Under the pieces are notes generated by a model, which did not search any database, was not told where the DNA came from, and worked only from the letters and a program-made list of their open reading frames with translations. Below are positions 56,761-64,000 of a DNA stretch of 64,000 bases, one piece after another (position 1 is the first letter of the stretch; each line of letters starts with the position of its first letter). Location: NCBI GenBank assembly GCA_965219165.1, contig CBDCMW010000002.1, positions 2,219,445 through 2,283,444 on the forward strand, given 5' to 3'. Both the position numbers and the translations under genes were made by a program. The DNA is from Candidatus Aldehydirespirator sp. (GTDB lineage: Bacteria > Actinomycetota > Acidimicrobiia > Acidimicrobiales > Aldehydirespiratoraceae).

Positions 56761-57753
56761 TCACGGCGGCGACCGCTGTGCGGCGTCGGCGGTGTGGGCT
56801 CGGTGGTACGCGGTCCAGACCTCGGGGCGGAGCCTTCCCCGCTGGGGCACGTCGAGTCCGCGGGCGCGGGCCCAGGCTCGGACCTCGGCCGTGGTCGGTT
56901 CCAAATCGGGGAGTTCGTGGCGCGGTGCCGGAAATCGATCGGCGAACGTGTCGGCGCCGGCGGTGCGGCGGTGCTCGGCTACGGCGGCGCCAAAGAACCG
57001 GTAGGTCCACTCCTGGGCCAGGGAGCGGGTCTCGCAGAACACGATCGGCACGCTCGGATAGCGCACAGCGGCTTCGCCGAGGGTGTCGGCAATGATGGCT
57101 GGGCGGACCCGGTCGAGTTTGAACAACTTCGAGTACCGGTCCTCTACGATGACCGCGGCCCGCTCCAGGGAGGCCAGACCGGCCAGCAGATACCAGAGCT
57201 TCCCTCCGGTGATGGTGGCCACCAGGTCGGCGAGACTCTTGCGTTCGACCCCGGCGAGGATCCGGCCGTCGTGCTCGACGGCGTAGTCACCGGCATGCAG
57301 GGCGCGCCGGACGGTGGTGGCCTGCTGGTGGGAGAACTTCCAGGCGTATCGCTCGTGGCTGTCGACGATGATCTCCAGGCTCTGCACGCCCGAAGCCCGA
57401 GCGGTCGGCAGCGACACGTTGGGGCGGGCTTGGTTGCGGGTGCGGGCCGACTGCCAGAACACCACCTGGCGGTTCCTGGCGGTGGCGAACACGAACTGGG
57501 AACGGTTCTCCCTTCCCCGATCAAGGACCAGATCGATGGTCGCGCCCCTGCGCACACAGGACCGCACCGGGACCCGCTCGATGATCGAGGGATCAGCCGG
57601 CCAGTCCTGTGATGGATGACAGTAAACCTTCGACATCCGGGGCCACGTCTCGCGCACCTTCAACACCACCGGCCCGGACCCCAGCGGCAGCCGCACCAAG
57701 AACGGCAACGACGACGCACCGTCAGGGTTGCGGGCAACAACAAAGTCCTCCAC
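56761..57753 (-). CDS. ERCC4-type nuclease with C-terminal Lsr2-like DNA-binding tail and unknown N-terminal domain
   Basis: Has the ERCC4 catalytic pattern GDYAV...ERKSLADL...ED. The C-terminal TAEVRAWARARGLDVPQRGRLRPEVWTAYHRAH matches the Lsr2 C-domain pattern. Confidence 0.7.
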   Translation of the reverse strand: MEDFVVARNPDGASSLPFLVRLPLGSGPVVLKVRETWPRMSKVYCHPSQDWPADPSIIERVPVRSCVRRGATIDLVLDRGRENRSQFVFATARNRQVVFWQSARTRNQARPNVSLPTARASGVQSLEIIVDSHERYAWKFSHQQATTVRRALHAGDYAVEHDGRILAGVERKSLADLVATITGGKLWYLLAGLASLERAAVIVEDRYSKLFKLDRVRPAIIADTLGEAAVRYPSVPIVFCETRSLAQEWTYRFFGAAVAEHRRTAGADTFADRFPAPRHELPDLEPTTAEVRAWARARGLDVPQRGRLRPEVWTAYHRAHTADAAQRSPP

Positions 57754-58174
57754 ACCAAGACACTAGCCACGCCCCAAACCCACGAGCCGGTCACCGGACT
57801 CGGTGACAACGAGTCGCTGTCGGGCGCAGCGAATTCCCTTCCGAACACGCGCTCCCATTCGTAGGTCGGCACGATGGTGACCGTCGACGGTGCGAGCGGC
57901 AATCAGCGCGAAGTGCTGTCGCCGGCCCCGCCGGTGGCAGCCGCCTCACGCAGCGCAGCCAGGAACGTGCCACATCGCCGCGCAGCACCAATCCCGGCCG
58001 CCAAAGCCGCGATTCAATCAGACAGCAGGGTACGCGTCCCGTGTGATACCGCCGTGCTTCATCCGAGGCCAGAGTCGGTGCAGGCCTGCCTCACCCTCAA
58101 CGCCTGTGCCACGATCGACCACTTTGGCGAAGAGCTCGCCTTCGCCTACCTGGACTGGCTGTGGGATGGAGGCC

Positions 58175-58570
58175 TCAGGGCCGCTCCACGGCGACGCCTA
58201 GCGCGTGGGCTGCGAGCGCGCCGAGATCCTCGGGGTCGGTGCTCAGCACTATGCCATCGGGCTCAGCCATGGCGATGGCAACGGCGTCCACTGCCGAGAT
58301 CTCTGAGGCTCGGCCTGTGCGGTCCCGGAGCCTGCCGGCGTTCCTCGCGATCTGCTCGGGCAATTGCTCTTCGATGTCGCAGCCCTTGAGGAAACGGTTC
58401 GTGACGGCATCGATGCTCTGGCGTCCCGTGAGGCATTCTGCCAGTACGACGGAGGGCACCACCGGCGGCCAGATGCCTCGGCGCTTCAACGATTCGATGC
58501 GAGCCGCCGAGAGGCGATCTCGGCTCGCGAGTCGGGTGACCGCCCCCGAGTCGAGAACGACCGCTCTCAT
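58175..58570 (-). CDS. vapC: PIN-domain toxin (VapC-like), copy 2
   Basis: Reads MRAVVLDSGAV...IVLSTDPEDL, with an overlap to the upstream antitoxin. Confidence 0.8.
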   Translation of the reverse strand: MRAVVLDSGAVTRLASRDRLSAARIESLKRRGIWPPVVPSVVLAECLTGRQSIDAVTNRFLKGCDIEEQLPEQIARNAGRLRDRTGRASEISAVDAVAIAMAEPDGIVLSTDPEDLGALAAHALGVAVERP

Positions 58571-58785
58571 CAGGTGCCGGGCGCCTTCTTGAGGTGGCGC
58601 TCGATGCGGTCGCACCAGGCTTCGGCCTCGGCCACCTCCTGCGGTGACGGCTCGCCGACTTCCTCGATCAGTTCGGCAAGATAGCAGTCTGTCTCGTTCA
58701 GAAGCTCACTGCGGCGTGCGGGCGCGGGGCTTCGAACGCGCCGGCCGTTGTGTGCCGCGCTTCGAGCCCCTCCGACCGTCGCCAT
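58570..58785 (-). CDS. Antitoxin partner of PIN toxin, copy 2
   Basis: MATVGGARS...LAELIEEVGEPSPQEVAEAEAW is a paralog of 7978-8193. Confidence 0.6.
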   Translation of the reverse strand: MATVGGARSAAHNGRRVRSPAPARRSELLNETDCYLAELIEEVGEPSPQEVAEAEAWCDRIERHLKKAPGT

Positions 58786-59062
58786 ACATGAAATAATACA
58801 GCATTGATGAAGAATATCAACCCGACGAGTCGTCACAGATCAGCTTGGCCAGCCAGCCCACGCGTCCGGCAGCCGGCCTAAAGCCGATGTCAGTGGCCGG
58901 ACGAGCCAGGAAACGCCGGACCGACATGAGCGGACCCCGTTCGCGGGCTGTCCAGTCTCGTGCTAGTAGCGCTCGTGCCGGCGCCCAGAGGACGAATCTC
59001 GCGGCAGTTGGTGGCAAGACATTGCGTTAGCACAGATGAAATTCTTGTACTGCATGGGGCGG

Positions 59063-59520
59063 ATGTCTGCATCAGTGCTTCCTCGGCACGTCTCGGGCGA
59101 GATCGACGCCGCGCTGGGCGGAGCACGGGTGATTCTGATTCACGGCGCCCGGCAGACGGGCAAGACCACGCTCGCCCGGCAGGTATGCGACCGATTGGGA
59201 GGCACATTCGCCACGCTCGACGATCCGGCTCTGCTGGAGGCGGCCCGAGGCGACCCGGTCGGATTCGTCGAGCAGCCGGGACCGCTGGTGGTCGACGAGA
59301 TCCAGCGGGCCGGCGATCCGCTGGTGGCCGCAATCAAGATGGCCGTCGACCGCGATCCGTCACCGGGTCGGTTCGTCATCACGGGTTCGACGAACTTTCT
59401 GACCGTGCCCACGGTGTCGGAATTGCTGGCCGGGCGGCTGGCCATCATCGATCTATGGCCGTTCTCGGCGGGCGAACTTGCCCGCGGGCCCGCTGAGAAC
59501 TTCGTCAGCGTGGCGCAATG
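59063..59520 (+). pseudogene. AAA_14/DUF4143 ATPase paralog 4, N-terminal fragment only
   Basis: Has GARQTGKTT and VVDEIQ, and homology ends near ARGPAENFVS. The DUF4143 nuclease-like half is missing. Confidence 0.65.
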
Positions 59521-59607
59521 TGCCTGTCGCCGACACCGGTCTCGACGCGGTCGACTGGAGCATTCCTGCGTGACTGTGAGAGTCTGACGCCCCAGCAGCA
59601 CGACAGA

Positions 59608-61205
59608 TTCGACAGCAAACGCGTCTACTCGGTGGCCTGCGCGCTGAGCGGTGAGGCTCACCGCTGGTCTTGCACGATGACTGTGTCGGTGCGGGAGCGG
59701 CCGAATACTTCGGGGGCGTAGATTTCTTCGGCTTTGGCTGGGGGCACGACGAAGGTGCCCGGGGTGGTGGCCCGGACGACGTAGCTGTATTCATGGGTGC
59801 CGGCCCGCAGGTACGACGAGAAGGCCTCGGCACGATCGTCGCGGAGGTTCTGGTGCTCGTACCAAGTCCACCACCACCATGAATCGGCGGCCCCGCCGCG
59901 GCGGGCGTCGACCTCGCCGGTCACCGCCAGTGCCGGGTTGAGCGACTCGAAGCCTGCGGGCATGGGATCGACCAGCGCCATGTTGGTGCGTCGGCTGTCG
60001 TTGACCATGGTCACGTTGACCCGCACCTGGGCCCCGGCCAGCACATGCCAGACATCGTCGTCGTCGAGCCACACATCGCCGGGATCGTCGACTGCCTCGT
60101 AGCTGCGCTGCACCACGAAGCCCCGGTCCAGAGGATCCAGGTTGAGGTCGTCGGGGGCGTAGCGAAGACCGAGGCGGTAGTAGAGGCGGCCTTCTCCGTC
60201 CTTCTCGACGATGAGATCGGAGTCGCCCACTGCCAGCAGCTCCGCCATCGGGACCAGCGTCAGGGCGCGATCGGTGCTGCGCCCGGAGAACTGGTGCTGC
60301 GCGGCGTAGAGGTCGCCGAGCCACACCCGGGCAACGAAGTCGGGATCGGTCGCCTCGAAGGCGGCGAAGTAACGGTTCAGGGCCAGCAGGATGAACGAGT
60401 TCTCCTGGACGTTGTTCCAGCGTCCCTTGACCCGGTTGGCCAACAGTCCAGCCACGACCTTGGCAACGAGATCCGACTCGGGAGCCATCGTGATCAGAGC
60501 ATCGAGCACGATGGCGTCGGTGCGGCGGTCGGAATGCAGCAGCAGATAGGCGTCTTCTCCGTAGTCCGTGACGAATGCGGCTGCCCCCGCGGACTCGACG
60601 ACTCGGTTGTTGAGGACCCGCTCGATACTGGCTTCGACGGCGTCGTCGTCGACTACCGGCCAAATCCAGGCGAGGGCATCCGACTCCAGATCCGTGCCCC
60701 GGCGTTCCCAGAGGGCGAGGGCGGCGCGGGCGTCTCGATCCCCGCCCAGCGATCGGACATGAAGCGCGTAGGCCAACAGCATGTCGGTGCTTCGCTGGCT
60801 GTAGTAGGCCGGGATCCGGTCTTCGATGCTTTGCAGATACCAGTGCCCGCTGGCCATGACGCCATCGGACACGGCGAAGCCCTCGTTCTGGGCGACTGTC
60901 AGAGCATGCATCGCCTGAATCGACTGGTATGGGCTCGAAGGACGGTTGCGCGACCACCACCCGAAGCCGCCATCGCTGTTCTGGAGGGCCGACAGTTCGG
61001 CGATGTCGCGGCGCACGGCGGCGTCGAGTTCGTCGGGGCTGGCGAGACCCTCGGCCTCGAAGGCCCCGAGCACGTCGCGCAGTGCGGAGATGGCCAGGAT
61101 GCGGCTGGCGTAGGCATCGGAGCTGGCGTACCGATAGTCGGAGAGGTACAGCACGGCGTCGGTCAGGGCCTGGAGCGCGGTCGATGAGGTGTTGATCTCG
61201 AGCCC
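59608..61205. repeat. 1598-bp direct repeat, copy B
   Basis: See 46706-48303. Confidence 0.95.
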
Positions 61206-64000
61206 GCCGAACTGAGGAATCACGTCTCGCGGCGCGGCTATCGACTGGACGACCGCGCCCTCGTCGACCACCCCGTAGGTGGCGAATGCCTCGCTGGTGG
61301 CCGGGGTGTACACAGGCAGGGCGACGATCTGGGCGTCGGCGTGGTCGCCCGACACCGCCACCGCCCGGAAGCGGGCTGTGCCCGGTGAGTTCGTTCGCGC
61401 CGGGAACCGGACCTCGACCCGATCGTTGGCGGGCACCGTCACCCGCCGTCCCGGCGACCCGGCCAGCTCGAGGTTGGAGGTCTGCACGACCAGGTCCACC
61501 TCCATGGCGGAGTCGGTTTGGTTCTGGACGACGATCGGCAGCTCGAACTCGTCGCCGTAGTTCAGGAACCGGGGGGCCGAGGGCCGGACCTGGAGGGGCA
61601 ATTGCGCGGTGATGGCGGACTCGGCCGTGCCGAAGCGCTCGGCGCCGTCGACCGCGACCGCCATCACCCGGTAGCGGGTGAGGTTGTCGGGCAGGTCGAA
61701 CTCGACCGTGATCCGGCCCGCGGCATCGGTGGCTGCCTCGGGGTCGAACAGTGCCAGAGCGTCGAGGTTCTCGCGGACATCGACTTGGAGTCCTGCCGAG
61801 CCAGACCCGTCGCCCCCGTCGAAATCCGCGGCCTCCTCCAGCTCGAGGGCGGCTGCCTCGGATTCTGCGTAGTCCTCCTCGATCAGGCGAAGGAGCTCTT
61901 GGGGGCTCTCAAGCAGGATGGTGCCTCGGCCTCGCGCGGTGTGCAAGTGCGCCGTCCGAGGACGGTAGAAGACATCGATGGGGTCGATCAACTCGTAGCC
62001 CGACACGGCCAGCACCGCCTCGTCCACAACGATGAGAAGCACGTTGGCCCCCTCGATCGGATCACCGCCGGCATCGTTGACTTCCACCGCGATGCTCGCG
62101 GCCGCGCCGGGCTTGACCACTGTCGACGCGGGCTCGGCTGTGACGTCGAGAGTCCGCAGCAAGGGCGGGACTCGCAGCAAGGCTTGCCCGGACGCATAGG
62201 CGGGACGATGGGGCACACCGTCCAAGCTGGTTCCGTCATCGGCGGTTCGCTCGGTGGTGGAGACAATCTCGACCTGCACCGCGAGCTCGGGAACATGATC
62301 GTCGGTGATCGGCACTTCGAGAACGGCGGCATGGTCAGCGATCTCGAAGGTGCGGAGCTCGATGATCTGGTTGTGGGCGATCGTCAGGAGGCCGGTCGCC
62401 GAGGCGAAGGGCGAGTCGACGAGGATCTCTGCAGTGTCGCCCGCGGCGTAGCTCTCGGCATCGGGAATCAGGTTGGCGGCTTCGAGATCGATTCTGCGGC
62501 TCGGTGGGCCGCTTCTTGCGCCGGCTACCCAGCGGGTCAACTCGCTGCGGCTGGTCCGCCCCGCGTCATCGACGACGTTGGCAGAGATGCGGTAGCGGCC
62601 TCCGATGTCAGCCGCGAACTCGCAGTCGACCGGCGTCTGCTCCGAAACGGCCTCGCAGGTCTCTGCGTCCATCGGGACCTCAGTCCACTGGCCGTCGACG
62701 TACTGGTTGACGATGCGCGCCGCGGTGATCTCGAAGGATCGGCCAGGAACCGGGTTGCCGTCGATGTCGGTTACCACGGCGCCGATGTCGAGCCCGTCTC
62801 CGGCCCTCACGAAAGTACGGGCGGAGCGAACACCGACATAGAGGCTGGCGGAATGGACCAGGACGCCGGTTGCCGATGCCCATTGCTGGCGGTTCACGTC
62901 GAGCACTCGAGCTTCAGCGGTCACCGTGGTGGGGAGATGGTCGCCATCGCCTTCAAAATCCATGCGCAGGTAATGGCTGCCGCTGGAGTCGGTCCTGCCC
63001 GAGAAGGTCTCGCGCCGCGGCTCGGCCCACGGCTCGTCGAAGTCGCCGAAGTACCACCATGGACGCCATACGCCGAACGTGAACTCGCTCCAGTTGGGCG
63101 GGGAGTACGAGCCCTGCCGGGTGGTGACCGTCCAGGTGACCTCGGCGTCGGGGAGGGGGCCGCCGGAGAAGTACGTGGCGTCGACCGCGGCCACCGCCGG
63201 CTCGTCGACCAGATGGGGACCGGCTGATTCGAGGCGTGCTTCCACTTCGAACTCGGGGCGGCGGAACTCCTGGACCTGGAACGAGTGATGGTGCCGGCCA
63301 CTTCCGGGGCTGCCCGGACGCTCAAACACGATGCTGCTCCAGCCGAGGTTTGCCCCTTCCGGCAATTCGACGGTGAGATCAAACCCGCCGTGGTCGTCCA
63401 AACGGATCTCACCGTTGCCGAGATCGTTGCCGAACGGGCCGACGACACTGTAGGTGACCAGCTCTCCGCGGGGAAGGAACTCGAGGTCGCCATCGCCGCT
63501 CAGATCGAGCTTTCGAACCCAGCCCTTCAGGTGCAGCGTCTCGCCGGGGCGGTATATGCCGCGATCATCCGCGGTGTACCAGATGGTCTGGTCAGCCTGC
63601 GGCCTCGCCGCGACGCTCACCGGGTTGAGGGCCCGGTCGGCGCCGAGCGAGGCGACGACCCACCCATGCCCGCCGAGATCGAGCGAGGCGCGGGCGAGGC
63701 CGTTGTCATCGGTGGTGAGCGTCGCGTCCCGGCCCTCCAACTCGATTTCCACACCGGCCAGCGGATCGCCGGAGCGCAGGTCGGTGGTCCACACCGCCAC
63801 ATCGCGATAGTCGGTGATCATGTCGACGCCGATATCGGTGTCTTGCACCCAGGCCATCGTCGACTGGCCGGTCGAGGTCTCTGCAAGCCGGCCAGCGCCG
63901 TCGACAATCATGACCACATGACCGTGCTCGCCGTCGAGGGCACCGGAGAGATCTATGGGAACCTCGGTGAGGGCGTCATGGTCGATACCGGTGTCGACGA
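59658..64000 (-). CDS. Giant alpha-2-macroglobulin-family protein, N-terminus beyond the window end (partial, more than 1440 aa)
   Basis: Has long beta-rich MG-like repeats. The A2M-type C-terminus reads YLRAGTHEYSYVVRATTPGTFVVPPAKAEEIYAPEVFGRS. The frame remains open past 63917 to the window edge. Confidence 0.7.
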   Translation of the reverse strand, partial: VDTGIDHDALTEVPIDLSGALDGEHGHVVMIVDGAGRLAETSTGQSTMAWVQDTDIGVDMITDYRDVAVWTTDLRSGDPLAGVEIELEGRDATLTTDDNGLARASLDLGGHGWVVASLGADRALNPVSVAARPQADQTIWYTADDRGIYRPGETLHLKGWVRKLDLSGDGDLEFLPRGELVTYSVVGPFGNDLGNGEIRLDDHGGFDLTVELPEGANLGWSSIVFERPGSPGSGRHHHSFQVQEFRRPEFEVEARLESAGPHLVDEPAVAAVDATYFSGGPLPDAEVTWTVTTRQGSYSPPNWSEFTFGVWRPWWYFGDFDEPWAEPRRETFSGRTDSSGSHYLRMDFEGDGDHLPTTVTAEARVLDVNRQQWASATGVLVHSASLYVGVRSARTFVRAGDGLDIGAVVTDIDGNPVPGRSFEITAARIVNQYVDGQWTEVPMDAETCEAVSEQTPVDCEFAADIGGRYRISANVVDDAGRTSRSELTRWVAGARSGPPSRRIDLEAANLIPDAESYAAGDTAEILVDSPFASATGLLTIAHNQIIELRTFEIADHAAVLEVPITDDHVPELAVQVEIVSTTERTADDGTSLDGVPHRPAYASGQALLRVPPLLRTLDVTAEPASTVVKPGAAASIAVEVNDAGGDPIEGANVLLIVVDEAVLAVSGYELIDPIDVFYRPRTAHLHTARGRGTILLESPQELLRLIEEDYAESEAAALELEEAADFDGGDGSGSAGLQVDVRENLDALALFDPEAATDAAGRITVEFDLPDNLTRYRVMAVAVDGAERFGTAESAITAQLPLQVRPSAPRFLNYGDEFELPIVVQNQTDSAMEVDLVVQTSNLELAGSPGRRVTVPANDRVEVRFPARTNSPGTARFRAVAVSGDHADAQIVALPVYTPATSEAFATYGVVDEGAVVQSIAAPRDVIPQFGGLEINTSSTALQALTDAVLYLSDYRYASSDAYASRILAISALRDVLGAFEAEGLASPDELDAAVRRDIAELSALQNSDGGFGWWSRNRPSSPYQSIQAMHALTVAQNEGFAVSDGVMASGHWYLQSIEDRIPAYYSQRSTDMLLAYALHVRSLGGDRDARAALALWERRGTDLESDALAWIWPVVDDDAVEASIERVLNNRVVESAGAAAFVTDYGEDAYLLLHSDRRTDAIVLDALITMAPESDLVAKVVAGLLANRVKGRWNNVQENSFILLALNRYFAAFEATDPDFVARVWLGDLYAAQHQFSGRSTDRALTLVPMAELLAVGDSDLIVEKDGEGRLYYRLGLRYAPDDLNLDPLDRGFVVQRSYEAVDDPGDVWLDDDDVWHVLAGAQVRVNVTMVNDSRRTNMALVDPMPAGFESLNPALAVTGEVDARRGGAADSWWWWTWYEHQNLRDDRAEAFSSYLRAGTHEYSYVVRATTPGTFVVPPAKAEEIYAPEVFGRSRTDTVIVQDQR

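Noticed and set aside
57990-58200. A plus-strand frame with high GC3 (...TIDHFGEELAFAYLDWLWDGG...) converging on vapC copy 2.
   Set aside because: There is no start codon context or recognisable family. It may be another gene remnant but cannot be supported.

Overview
High-GC (about 65-70% by eye) Actinomycetota-type chromosomal segment with no rRNA, tRNA or CRISPR. It splits into three blocks. (1) 1-19 kb is an accessory mosaic. It holds HepT/MntA, a VapBC-like pair and a BrnT/BrnA-like pair, an intact IS21 element with a 6-bp target duplication, two AAA_14/DUF4143 ATPase genes, and many gene stubs. (2) 19-45 kb is mostly metabolic. It holds csp, an MFS transporter, a CMD/AhpD-like gene, a dienelactone hydrolase, putA with a divergent PAS-AraC regulator, a thiolase-like gene and tetR. 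It also carries a composite sugar locus: galK, a GH4 glycosidase, L-fuconate dehydratase, a NagA-ROK fusion, an SIS protein, a Gfo/Idh/MocA oxidoreductase, an ABC transporter, LacI and FucU. The transporter part has visibly lower GC. (3) 45-64 kb is heavily rearranged. A 1.6-kb, roughly 99%-identical direct repeat duplicates the 3' end of a giant alpha-2-macroglobulin-like gene. The roughly 11.3-kb interval between copies holds hpa-pathway stubs, a broken SF2 helicase, an aco-like E1 cluster, a decayed IS481, an ERCC4-Lsr2 nuclease, a second VapBC copy and a truncated ATPase. The strongest candidates are as follows. The CMD/AhpD-like gene has one in-frame TGA at the second Cys of its CxxC motif, followed 11 nt later by a SECIS-like hairpin, so it may be a selenoprotein. 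The four-member AAA_14/DUF4143 ATPase family has paralog-specific upstream direct repeats and always sits next to truncated genes. There is an unrecognisable two-gene operon at 15275-16146 and an ERCC4-Lsr2 fusion nuclease. All functional calls come from reading motifs in the supplied translations; no database search was run.
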